Source: Chrysomallon squamiferum (lineage: Eukaryota; Animalia; Mollusca). Taken from it: a stretch of 64,000 nucleotides of DNA. The number at the start of each line of letters is the position of its first letter. Positions within the stretch are counted from its first letter, which is position 1. The translations under genes were made by a program, and so were the position numbers. The notes beneath the pieces were generated by a model, which was not told the DNA's origin, did no database searches, and saw nothing but the letters and a program-made list of their open reading frames with translations. The stretch is taken from NCBI GenBank assembly GCA_012295275.1, contig CM022676.1, positions 9,300,001-9,364,000 of the forward strand. The letters run 5' to 3'. Shown piece by piece: positions 32,179 to 44,871 of the stretch.

Positions 32179-32313
32179 AAAACGAACTCTTCCTGAAAAA
32201 TTAAAATGAACTCTACCTTAAAATTAAAATGAACTCTTCCTGAAAAATTAAAATGAACTCTACCTGAAAAATAAAACGAACTCTACCCTAAAACGAAAAT
32301 GGACTCTACTCAC
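32179..32313. repeat. 23-24 bp tandem repeat, ~6 units, abutting the exon L donor
   Basis: Unit AAAA(T/C)GAACTCT(A/T)CCTGAAAAATT. Confidence 0.85.
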
Positions 32314-32589
32314 TTATAGCGACTTGCACTGGAGCACCACAGACATCTTCGCGGTACGTCAGACACACAGACACATTCATCGACTCGATTCCCGGTTCCA
32401 CAATTTGGTGAACTTTCTGTCCTGTTAATTCCAAACACGGCACTACCACTCTCCACGCTGCTGTAGTTGACGTTGTTGTTTTCACTGTTATTCTGAGGCA
32501 GTAGGCAGTGTCTGCTTGTAAATTCACTTGTAGTTCTTTAGTACCTGAGTTGTATTTTGGTCGAGTGGATATCACTGGTATACTTAAAT
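32314..32589 (-). CDS. IgCAM exon L: degenerate, Cys-containing FN3-like membrane-proximal domain
   Basis: Acceptor CTTGCAG|AT, donor A|GTGAGT, 276 nt, open frame. DLSIPVIS...AYCLRITV...AAWRVVVPCLE...MNVSVCLTYREDVCGAPVQVAI. Confidence 0.85.
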
Positions 32590-33047
32590 CTGCAAGTGCA
32601 AAATGCACGAAAGACTGAGACATTGATTTTTAATTTAATTTTTTTTTCATATAAGCAAAAGGTCTAAAATGACTGAGTCGTATTTTTAATTTTTTTTAAT
32701 TAATGTTATAATTTTTGATTTAGTTTAATTCAACATTAATTAGTTACATTCATGAGAAAAATTAAAAAATATTCTTCCAGGTGATAAAACCAAAAAATCT
32801 AAATTAATTGTTAAAATAATACAAATTATCTTATTATGAAAATTTTAAATCATTCTCAAAAAAATGAGAGAGAGAGAAAAACAACTTTGTCTTCATTATT
32901 CATATATTTATATAAATCACTGAAATCTTAACCTGAAAATAAAATATAATGTTTTATCTTCTAGAAAAAAACTGTAACAAACATCATTTTAAATTTGATT
33001 AAAAACTATTAATTAATTAATTTTTTAAATTAAATTTCTTTACGAAC

Positions 33048-33143
33048 CCTCCGTTCTTGTAATGACTCCATCAGAAAAATTACTGTCTCCTTTTTGGTTT
33101 CTTGCAAAAACCATGAACACATAGCTAGTGTGAGGTGTCAGGT
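33048..33143 (-). CDS. IgCAM exon K: FN3 domain, second part
   Basis: Acceptor TTTGCAG|AC, donor G|GTTCGT (weaker), 96 nt. NLTPHTSYVFMVFARNQKGDSNFSDGVITRTE (LxPxTxY...V.A.N..G.S). Confidence 0.9.
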
Positions 33144-33871
33144 CTGCAAATAAATAAATAAATACATAAAATGAAATAATAAATAAATAAATAAATGTAG
33201 AAACAAATAGATAAAAAATAAAATGAAATAATATAGAAATAAATAAATAAACAAAACAACAAAATAAACAAACAAAAAACAAAAATAAATAAAGAAGAAA
33301 CAAATAAATAAATTTAATAAATAATTATTGAAAAATTAGTAAATAAATAAGTAATTAAATATAAAGATATATAATCATACATAGATAACATTAATTTTGT
33401 GATTGCAGTGCAAGGGAGACAACTACAAATTACCAATACAATAAGTACAAATTCAACAAGTATCTATCTTCAATAAAAATGTCATATTATATATTATTAA
33501 TAAACTCAAGTGATTATTAGACAGAGAAATATATTATATATATGTATATATTTCCATATTAACAATACTTAGCAATATAACAGTACTTAGAAATCTGTGT
33601 GTTCATACACTGGTGTAATTTATAAATTACGATCTAAGGGAGATAACCACAATTTCTACATCACAAACATTAAAAATAAATCATATATTAACTTACTTAT
33701 GACATTATAGCCTGTGATGATCACAAATTATCTTAAAGACTGAGTCTTTTTTTTTTTTTTTTTTTTTTTTTAATACTATCACCAAATACATATCTATAAC
33801 TATTTCACAAAACTAAAAATCACGTCAAAATTCTACAACATAAACATTAAAAAAATAAAAAATTAACTTAC

Positions 33872-34054
33872 TCGTGACATTGTATTTAGTCTGGGATGCA
33901 GGAAGAACAGAAATGTTTTTAATTTTTTCTCCAACGCTGTATCGAATGTGAAAAGTCTGAGGGTAACCACCATCGAAACCTTTGTCCCATGTCAGATAGA
34001 CTGAGTCCCAGGTCTTTGCTGTGTATCGAAGGTTCATTGGTGCTTGCGGGACAG
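33872..34054 (-). CDS. IgCAM exon J: FN3 domain, first part
   Basis: Acceptor CCTCCAG|CT, donor A|GTAAGT, 183 nt. SVPQAPMNLRYTAKTWDSVYLTWDKGFDGGYPQTFHIRY...YNVT. Confidence 0.93.
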
Positions 34055-34789
34055 CTGGAGGAAAACACACAAATACACAAAAAATAAATAAAAAATAAGC
34101 AAATTTAAATAATGTCATACAAGATATATTTATATATATATATATATCAAAAAAAGATTATATTTAAATAATGTAATGGTATAATTGTATTTAAAATCTG
34201 AAAAAAAAAGCAAAGTTAAATAATATAATGTTTGTAGTGTATCTATCAGTTTAACTATCTATCTGTATTTCTCTCTCTCTCTTTCTATGAAAAAATGTGT
34301 ATATGCATGTATGTGTGTGTGTGTATTTGTGGTGTGTGTGTGTATACAGAGACAATAGAGATGATAGACAGATAGACAATATACAGAGAGACAGATATAG
34401 AGACAGACAGACAAACAGGCAGTCAGACAGTCAGATAAATATATACATACATACAGACAGACAGATAGATTGATAGATAGATATAGTTACATAGACAAAG
34501 AAATGAAAAAAAAAAAAAAAGAAAAGCGAGTAACCTTCTTGCTGTATGAGTAAAAATTCAGTTTTCTTTACTATTTTGCAAATTTTGGTGATTTTATGAC
34601 TAGCTGAAGCTATCTGTGATTTTACGACTAAAGGTGTCTGTGATTTTTCGACTGTGAAGAAATGGGTTTATCACTGCCAATGACTGCATCAAACTCAAGC
34701 TTGAAAATGAGCCCATCAATATAAAACACACATCATCAACACATTACAACACATTACAACACATACACACACACACACAAAACACTTAC

Positions 34790-35086
34790 ATTTGATGGTT
34801 AGACCTATGGGTTGGGAGACATTGCCGAGAAAGTTCGAAGCAAAACATCTGTACAGCCCCAGGTCAGCGTCCTTGACCCTGAGAACCGTGAGGTCACTGC
34901 GGAACTTCACTGTGCCCAGCTGGGTCAGTTGGGTCAGGTAATGACCTTCACCTACGAGAAGTTCCTGTCCGTTTCGGTACCACTGGAATGTCGGGGTTGG
35001 GTACGCGAGCGCGATGCAGGGCAGAACAGCATCGTCGTTGATGTTCACGGCAACTTTGTCGTCGTGCGTAGACACTCTCGGTTTGA
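34790..35086 (-). CDS. IgCAM exon I: Ig domain 7 (I-set)
   Basis: Acceptor TTTCAG|TC, donor T|GTAAGT, 297 nt. FKPRVSTHDDKVAVNINDDAVLPCIALAYPTPTFQWYRNG...SDLTVLRVKDADLGLYRCFASNFLG...IGLTIK. Confidence 0.94.
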
Positions 35087-35294
35087 CTGAAATTAAATCC
35101 GAGAATGATGCAGAAACACACACAGACAGACAGACAGAAACAGACAGACATACATACATACATACAGGTAGACAGAGAGACAGAAACAGAGAGAAAAACA
35201 GACAGAAAAACAGACAGAAACAGACAGACAGAAACACACAGATATACCAATGACAGATAAACATACAGACAGACACAAACAGACATACATACAT

Positions 35295-35335
<41 letters not shown>

Positions 35336-35654
35336 AAAAAAATGCAAAGACTAACACAGACATAGAAAAGCAGGAAGAATACATAAAGACTGACAAACAC
35401 ACAAACACACAGACAAACAAATATACACACTGACAAACACATACACACAAACACACACATACACATACAAACATACAAACGTACACAGAGAAACAAACAA
35501 ACAATAGACAAACACACACACACATACACACAAACACACAGTCACATAAACACATTTAAATCTAACTAAACCCCCAACCCCCAACAGAACTAATTTCTCA
35601 CAGGCTAAAAATGTGCTTTTTCTTTCTATTCACCAAAGAACTGTTAATCTACCC

Positions 35655-35747
<93 letters not shown>

Positions 35748-35930
35748 ATAACAGAACTACAAATCCATAACAATACTATAAAAATATAACTAACTAAATA
35801 TCAACGAAAACAATTTACATAATAATTATTTCACTGCCAATAACAGAAGAAAAAAAAAAAAACGTTAACTTTTTTGGGGCTAAAGATTTCTGGCGAAGGG
35901 AGACAACTGCTGTTAAAGAGCTAGACTCAC

Positions 35931-36062
35931 ACTGTAAAAATAGCTGAGTCCTTGGTTTCAGTTTCTGAGGGTGGGCAGTGGAGGAAACTGCGCAGGTGTA
36001 GTTACCTATGTCCTCCACCCTCAGTCTGGTGGGTCCATTTTTAGTTTGTTCTCTGCTCGGTC
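35931..36062 (-). CDS. IgCAM exon H: C-terminal part of Ig domain 6
   Basis: Acceptor TTCTAG|GA, donor T|GTGAGT, 132 nt. PSREQTKNGPTRLRVEDIGNYTCAVSSTAHPQKLKPRTQLFLQ. Confidence 0.9.
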
Positions 36063-36971
36063 CTAGAACGAAAAAACAAAAAATATATAGATATAAAAAT
36101 ATTATTTAATGATAAAAATAAAAAATATTTAATGAAGAAAATGTAAAAAATATTATTTAATGATAATTAATATAGTATTTTTTAATGAAGAAAATGTATA
36201 AAAAAATACCATTTAATGATAATTAATATAGTATAATATAAAAAAAAATATAATGAAGAAAATGAATAAAAAATATTTTATTAAAATTTTTAATAAGAAA
36301 AATGTATTTTTATTTAAGGATAATTAATATGGTAAATGAAGAAAATGTATAAAAAAATATTTATTTAATGATTTTTAATATAGTATTTTTTATTGAAAAA
36401 ATGTATAAAATATTTAATTAATATACTGTTTTATGAAGAAAATGTATATAGACATTATTTTAATGAAAATTAAGATACTGTTTTGAAAAATGTCAAAAAT
36501 AGTGTTTAATTAAGATTAAAATGTTGAAATATTGATTTAAAATGTTGTTTAATGAAGATTAAAGGATAAAATTTATTAAAGATTAAAATACAGTTTAATG
36601 AAAATAAAAATTCTAATTTTATAGTTATTAAAATATTGTTTATTACAGATTAAAAAATTGCTTAATCAACACTAAAATGTAATTTAATGAAAACTACTGT
36701 TCATCTTAAATTAATTAAGTCTGCAGGTGAGAACACAGGTAGAAACGACACAGAGTTCAATACAAACAGTTTTATTTATTAAACTAGTTGTAAAGAATAT
36801 TGCTTCACTTCATGTTCATATTAAAAATAACAAATTAAAGAATTTTTTGCATGATACTGCAGAACATTTACAACAAAATATTTAAATTTTTTAGCCAAGA
36901 AATAAAAAGATATACCTGGCCAGAAATTCTGATCTTTTTACCTGGATTTATAATTTAAAAATGTTACTTAC

Positions 36972-37208
36972 CTTTAAAAATAAGAACACTTTTTGTCTCA
37001 GATACAAAGTTATCAACAACTTTTTCCAACTTTTCCACAGTGTAGAAGTCTGGATACACGGTTGTCAAGGGAACGGTGTCACCATCCTTGTACCACTGAA
37101 CTGAGGGAGTTGGGCGACCTCTGACCACACAGGTCAAGGTCAGGATGTTGGTGTTTTCCAAGGACTGAGTGACCTCTGATGGAGGGTTTTCTATCATGCT
37201 CGGAGGTT
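36972..37208 (-). CDS. IgCAM exon G: N-terminal part of Ig domain 6
   Basis: Acceptor CTCCACAG|AA, donor G|GTAAGT, 237 nt. KPPSMIENPP...LTLTCVVRGRPTPSVQWYKDG...KSVLIFKG. Confidence 0.92.
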
Positions 37209-37258
37209 CTGTGGAGATGGACAGAATAAAGTAAATGATTGAATGAATGAATGGAGAA

Positions 37259-37320
<62 letters not shown>

Positions 37321-37363
37321 AAAGAGAAAGAGATGGAAATGAAATGAAATTGAGACAGAACCT

Positions 37364-37403
<40 letters not shown>

Positions 37404-37562
37404 GAGAGAGAGAGAGACTAAATTTAAAAAAAAGGTGATTATCATAGTTTTTAAGACAAGCTACTTTTATTAAGTGTGATGGTCACTTTGAGAGAGAGAG
37501 AGAAAAATAAAAAGAAAGAAATGAAACTGAAACATAACCTGAAAGAGAAACTGAGAAAGAAC

Positions 37563-37622
<60 letters not shown>

Positions 37623-37698
37623 ATTTACAAAAAACATATTAACACAGTTTTTAAGACAAGCTATTTTTTTACTAAGTGTGACAGTCACTTCAACTCAC

Positions 37699-37869
37699 TG
37701 TTGACGGTCAGTGTAATACTGCTTTGTCCACCTCGGCCAACCAAGTTGACTGGAGTGCAGACGTACTTTCCATTGTCCGAAAGCTTGGCGTTGGGAATGG
37801 TCAACATTCCACTGACCTCCGGCAGGACCACACCATCCTTTGTCCACTCAAAGTCTGCTGGTGGGTAGC
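37699..37869 (-). CDS. IgCAM exon F: C-terminal half of Ig domain 5
   Basis: Acceptor CTTCACAAG|GC, donor A|GTGAGT, 171 nt. YPPADFEWTKDGVVLPEVSGMLTIPNAKLSDNGKYVCTPVNLVGRGGQSSITLTVN. Confidence 0.92.
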
Positions 37870-37938
37870 CTTGTGAAGAAAAGAAAAAAAAATTAAAAAA
37901 TATAATTTAATGAAAATGAAAACATAATTTTATAAAGA

Positions 37939-38048
<110 letters not shown>

Positions 38049-38349
38049 GTATGGTGAAAAAATATAGATAGATATAGGTAGATAGGTGTGTGTGTTTTCT
38101 AAATATTTTATAAATCTGATTTTGAAAATAATGAATTTGGAACTGGAACGTTAATATAATTTGAGAGAAAGACAGACTTACTGAAAGAGAACGAGAGAAA
38201 GAAGAAAAAGAGTAACAGACAGACAGACATGTACAGATGCACAGCTAGAAAGAGAGATAGATAGAAAGTTAGGTAGATAGGTGTATAGATAGACAGACAA
38301 AAAGAAAAGCAGAAAGACAGATATATATAGAAAGGCAAATAATAACAGA

Positions 38350-38825
<476 letters not shown>

Positions 38826-38855
38826 GACAAAACAGGTGAAGAAAACTTTACTTAC

Positions 38856-38942
38856 CTATTGGATTAGCCTCGCATCTGAGGACAATTCTGTCACCTATGT
38901 TGTACTCAACGACAGGTCTGATAAACGCATTACCTGGATGAT
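38856..38942 (-). CDS. IgCAM exon E: N-terminal half of Ig domain 5
   Basis: Acceptor TTTTCAG|AT, donor G|GTAAGT, 87 nt. YHPGNAFIRPVVEYNIGDRIVLRCEANPIG. Confidence 0.88.
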
Positions 38943-39040
38943 CTGAAAAAATAAATTAAATAATTTATTTTCACTTAATTTTCAAAATTATACACAGTTA
39001 TTAAACATAATAATAAAAAAAAACAAAAAAAAAAAAAAAA

Positions 39041-39095
<55 letters not shown>

Positions 39096-39111
39096 GTAAT
39101 AATAATAATAA

Positions 39112-39159
<48 letters not shown>

Positions 39160-39400
39160 TAAAAATAATAATAAAAATAAAATGAATAAATGCAATAAAA
39201 TAAAATAAATGAAATTGTAGTAGTAATAGTTGAAATACTAAACTATTAGAACACTAATAGTAATTGCCAATAGTAAACAGTGGAATAGTCATAATAGTGG
39301 TAAACTAATAGAAGTAATTGTCTAAAACTTAGTTGTAGTAATTTGTAGTAAAATTACTAGCACCAGTATTTGTAATAACTGTAGCAATTCTATAAGTTTT

Positions 39401-39910
39401 AGTAAAAAACACACTCTACAAGCGTTTGTTTGTGTAAAAACTTAGATTCTACAAGCATTTGTGTAAAAACTTACACTCTACCATCGTTTTTGTGTAAAAA
39501 AAAACTTACATTCTACAAGCGTTTTTGTGTAAAAAAAACTTACATTCTACAAGCGTTTTTGTGTTAAAAAAACTTACATTCTACAAGCGATTTTCTGTAA
39601 AAAACTTACATTCTACAAGCGTTTTTGTGTAAAAAACCTTCCATTCTACAAGTGTTTGTGTAAAAAACTTACACTCTACAAGCATTTGTGTAAAAAACTT
39701 ACATTCTACAAGCGTTTTTGTGTAAAAAACTTACATTCTACAAACATTTGTGTAAAAAAAACCTACACTCTACAAGCGTTTTTGCGTAAAAACTTAGATT
39801 CTTCAAGCATTTGTGTAAAAACTTCCACTCTACAAGCATTTGTGTAAAAATCTTACACTCTACAAGCGTTTGTTTGTGTAAAAAAACTTACATTCTACAA
39901 GTATTTGTGT
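39401..39910. repeat. ~29-36 bp minisatellite, ~16 units, derived from the exon D/intron junction
   Basis: Unit CTTACA(T/C)TCTACAAGC(G/A)TTT(TT)GTGTAAAAA(A)n. The last unit overlaps the end of exon D. Confidence 0.93.
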
Positions 39911-40172
39911 GAAGCTCTGTCTCAACACGTTGTGCAGTGTCTGCCCGAGACCTCGATGTGGCTCCACGCCTTGCACGAGTAGTTCCCCGCGTCCGTCCGT
40001 CCGATTTTGTCGAAGGTCAACGTCCTGCCCTGTCTGACGAACGTCCGGTTGCCGTCCACCCTCTCCCAGACGACTTTGTAAGGTTCGGGGTTGGCGTCGA
40101 TGTTGCAGGTGATTCGGACGCGTTCCAGTTCTCGCGTCGTCGTTTTGGCGGGGACCGAGATGATGGGGGAAT
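39892..40172 (-). CDS. IgCAM exon D: Ig domain 4, 1-nt frameshift as assembled
   Basis: Acceptor CTTCAG|AT, donor T|GTAAGT, 281 nt. YSPIISVPAKTTTRELERVRITCNIDANPEPYKVVWER...LTFDKIGRTDAGNYSCKAWSHIEVSG, then in a shifted frame QTLHNVLRQSFTQILVE. The ORF track misses the correct frame. Confidence 0.9.
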
Positions 40173-40715
40173 CTGAAGGGGTGGGGGGAGGGACAAAATA
40201 AAAAATATAAATCAGTTTTGTAGCCTCGACAAAGTCTATTTACAAACAACATTTTTTTTTTTTTTTTTTTTTACAATAATTTTATTATTGCCTAATAAAG
40301 TCTACTAACAATTGATGTTTTTTTTTGTTATAGCCTTATTTAAGTCTATTATTTCTGAAATAAAAATAAAATTTACATAAACTATTTTTTATTTTATCCC
40401 TGTTAAAGATTAATTGCTATTAAAATAAATAAATAAATAAATAAATAAAAACTAAATAAATAAATAAACAAAAACAAATAAAAGGTCAGTTTCATCATGG
40501 TCTTAATAATGTCTACTTACAAACTACACTTTCAAAAGTTCAATTTATCCTTTAGCCCTAATAATTTCACTTTCATTATTATTTTATTATAATCTTAACA
40601 AAGTCTGCTAAGAATTTAAAATATTTAAAAAAAAAAAAAAAAAAAAAATAATAATAATAATAAAAAATGTTTTTAATTTTTTAATTTTAATTTAGCCCGG
40701 ACAAAGTCTACTTAC

Positions 40716-40973
40716 AAACAACCTTGACGACAATGTCCCCTCTTTTCACACCTCCAATTCCATTCGAGGCTTCGCAGGTGTAAACACCTGAATCTGACTT
40801 CCTCGCTGGTTGAAAATACCTGATTGGCTGCCCCCCAATTAGAGGCTTGCCATCTTTTTTCCACGTTACTATGGTAACAGGTGGATTCGCATCCACTTGA
40901 CAAGTGATGCTTGTATCCGTATCCAGTAACACAACGAGGGGGTTGTAGTCTTTGAATGTGATTAATGGCGAAT
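40716..40973 (-). CDS. IgCAM exon C: Ig domain 3
   Basis: Acceptor TTTCAG|AT, donor T|GTAAGT, 258 nt. YSPLITF...SITCQVDANPPVTIVTWKKDG...KSDSGVYTCEASNGIG...IVVKVV. Confidence 0.93.
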
Positions 40974-41718
40974 CTGAAATAATAATGATAATGATGATGA
41001 TTGTGATGATGTAATAACAATAATAACAACGATAATAGAATCAGTAGTAGTGACAATGCAATAACAGTGAAAACAGTGATTATAAATATTTTAATAATAA
41101 ATATAATTATAATTATAACATAATAATATAATAATAATAATAAATAATAATAATAACAATAATGATAATAATAATAATGATAATAATAATGAGATAATAA
41201 TAATGATATTAATAATAATAATAACAGTAAAAATGATAATAATGATAATAATAATAACAGTAATATTAATAATAATGAGATAATAATAATGATAATAATA
41301 ATAATAATAACAGTAAAAATGATAATATGATAATAATAATAACAGTAAAAATGATAATAATAAATAATAATGATAAATGTTAATTATAATGATAATAATA
41401 ATAATAACAGTAATAATAATAATTACAATAATAATAATAACTATAAAAAGAATATAACAACAATAACAATAAATTTAATAACAACAACAACCAAAAATAA
41501 TGAACTATTATTATTTACTTTCAAACTATTTTATTTTAATTTTAAAAAAAAAAAAAATAAAAATAAACAAAAAACAAACAAAAAAACCCAATAAACAAAA
41601 ATCAAAAACATAAACAACAACAACAAAAAAAAAAATTAAAAAAAAAAAAAAAAAACCACAAAGTTACATTTTTTTTAATCACATGACAGACACACACACA
41701 CAACATGGACACACTTAC

Positions 41719-42023
41719 ACCTAACAGACAGAATCAGCGTCCGCGTCAGCTTGCTGTTCACGTTGACGACGTTGTAGACGACGCAGGTGTAGTTGGCTTT
41801 GTCGTCCGTCCTGTCCAGCCTGGGGAGACCTGGCTGGACGAGGCCCCACCCACCGTCGTGGAGGGGGAGTACGACGTGGAGAACAGCTCCTGCCCGTTCT
41901 TCAGCCAGGAGATCGTCGGGTGTGGGTTGCCGCCCGACGACCGGCACACGAAGCTGACGACCTGACCCTCGACGAAGCTGCTGCCCGACACGTTGCGGGT
42001 GATCGTAGGGGGTCCCGGGGCCA
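41719..42023 (-). CDS. IgCAM exon B: Ig domain 2 (C2-set-like), 1-nt frameshift as assembled
   Basis: Acceptor TTTCAG|TG, donor T|GTAAGT, 305 nt. APGPPTIT...VSFVCRSSGGNPHPTISWLKNG...SSSQVS, then in a shifted frame RLDRTDDKANYTCVVYN...LTRTLILSVR. Confidence 0.9.
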
Positions 42024-42453
42024 CTGAAATAAATGATAACAATGATGATGACGATGATGGTGATGAATAAAATAACGATAATAATGATAAAGATGATGAT
42101 GATAAATAAAATAAAGATAATGATGATGATGATGAATAAAATTACAATAATAATGATGATGATGATGATGATAAATAAAATAAAAATAATGATGACGATG
42201 ATGATGGTGATGAATAAAATAACAATAATAAAGATAATGATGATGATAAATAAAATATTGATAATGATAATGATAAAAAGAAATAATAATAATGATGATA
42301 ATGATAATAACAATTATGATGATAATATTAAAGAAGAAATTAATGATATTAATGACAATAATAATGATGTAATAATGATTACAATGAAAATTATAATGAT
42401 TGTGATAATAATGATATTTAATAATGGCAGTAATAATGAATTTATAATGATGA

Positions 42454-42503
<50 letters not shown>

Positions 42504-42944
42504 TAACAATAACAACAATAATAATAACAATAACAATAATAATAATAACAATAACAACAATAACAATAACAATAACAACAATAACAATAACAATAATAAT
42601 AATAATGATGATGAAATAATATTAATTAATAATGATGTGATGATGACAATAGTAGTGATGAGGAAAATAATAATGTTAATAATTTCAATAACGACAATGA
42701 TAATAACACTAATGATAATGATGATATAAATATTAACAATTACGACAGTAAACATACTAATGATTATGATGATGATGATGATGATGATGATGATGTTAAC
42801 TACCACAACATACTGAAGACTTAGCACACACACACACACACACATCTTTATCTTACTTTAAAATTATTTGTGTATATGGGTCAGTAAGTTTAACATAGAA
42901 TTAAATTTAAAAAAAAAAATTTAACCACATTAATTATAATAATT

Positions 42945-42984
<40 letters not shown>

Positions 42985-43031
42985 AACAAAATTTCCAAAT
43001 AAAAATATATAAAAAATATATGTATACGTAC

Positions 43032-43322
43032 ACAGAACTGTCAGCTTTGCCGTTTCCGTGGCAAAGTCCTGGACGTTGCACACATACTGACCGTTGTCCG
43101 ACTCCTGGATGTTTGAAATCACCAGATTGTACTGTCCAGTTATGGAGTACCTGGCCGGACCCCCGAACTTGTCCCGATTTGAAAACAGGACTGTCCCAGA
43201 CGCGTTGGTCCAAATCACAGCCCGGTTCCCCAGGTCATTCACCTCGCAGTGGAATGTCACGGTCTCGCCCTTCGCGGCCTGGGCATCCGTGGGTTTCCGT
43301 AACCACGACAACCCGTCTGCAA
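43032..43322 (-). CDS. IgCAM exon A: Ig domain 1
   Basis: Acceptor TTTTCAG|TT, donor T|GTACGT, 291 nt. Encodes ADGLSWLRKPTDAQAAKGETVTFHCEV...VIW...YNLVISNIQESDNGQYVCNVQDFATETAKLTVL (C...W...DxGxYxC). Confidence 0.93.
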
Positions 43323-43666
43323 CTGAAAAGGTATTGATAATTAAAAATTAATTTATTTTTTAATTAATTAAAAATTAAATTGGATGTGAGGTTAAGTGTC
43401 GTGAAAAAGTTAAAAGAATATAAATGAAGAGATTGAGAAGGTGGATAAATTAGTGATGATGTTGATGATAATGATGATATGATGATGATCATTATCATCA
43501 TCTTCATCATCATGATTGCAATCATTTTGGACAAAAATAATTATAGTAATAATGTGTCTAATTTGAATAACATGGGACAACTCTGTCATCTTACAATTTA
43601 AAGTAAGTTGGAGTTATTCCCCTTTGACAACTTCAGTCTGGACATCTGGTAATTCTTCCAATTAAT

Positions 43667-43731
<65 letters not shown>

Positions 43732-44871
43732 TATATTTTTATATTAAATGTGTCTTTGTTCTAAAATAATTACTACATATTAATCTTTCAAGTGTCCTTT
43801 CCCTTTTTTGAACTGGGTAACAGCACAAAGTAAACAATAAACTAAAATAATTAATCATTTATCAATTAGTTTGTCCCAATGTTTTCATTTTAAGATAATG
43901 AATCTTTAGGATTGGAGAGATGGAAATGTCGACGCCAAACTTAATGAAAATTGACAGAAACAGGCTTGTACCTTCCTGTTATCTCAGTTATCTCCCTTTC
44001 AATCAGAGCTCTTGTTGCTTATTTGAATACACCTGTTTTCATATTTGAAAACAGAAATGACACTAAAGAAACTTTATGAGGTTTGAGGTTGCAAACTGGA
44101 GTTTATTTGCAGTAACCTTTTTTCTTTTTGCTTGAGGTTTAATTATTTAAAATGTTTGCAGAGAAAATAAATATTCTGAATATTGAAAAAATGTCGAATA
44201 CTAAAGTCAGTACTGTTAGTCTTTCAATTTATTATTTAAAGACCTATTTAAAAAAAAAAAAGCATACAAACATACACACAGACACACACCGAAAAACAGT
44301 AACTATCAATTAAACCATTTTCTTTGGGCAAAAAACAAATAAAGACTTGTTTTTCAAGACATTACTTTTTAGCTGTTTTAATATTAATAAAGAAACTGTT
44401 TTCAGTACTACACAATCAATCCTCATTGGAATAAACATTTAGTTATTTCCAATTCCAACTACAGCTCCATATAAATGTTTTATCCTATGCTATGTATGGT
44501 AGGTAGTTTACTGCAGAAAGGTTAAAAAAAGGAGCAGCCCAAGATATGAAAACCATGTAATAAGCTACACTTTCACAATTAGCAACAAATAATTATTTTA
44601 TACCACCCTCCCATAAACACTAAATAACACTGTGTAATAAGCTACTGTTTTACATTTAGCAGCAAGTGAAATTTTTTTGTAAGCACCTTATCATAAACAG
44701 GAAAAAAAATACCATGTAAAAAGCTAATAATTTTATAATTAGCAGAAAGGTACTTTTTATAAGCACCTCCCCATAAAAGTAGATATAATGATAGCACAGA
44801 TTTTGAAGAAATGGCCAGATATGAAGTAACTTGTATAACGTAACATAGCTTGCAAAATCACTCATGGCTGT

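Noticed and set aside
39401-39910. CRISPR-like ~30-bp repeats
   Set aside because: The units are head-to-tail with no unique spacers and derive from the exon junction.
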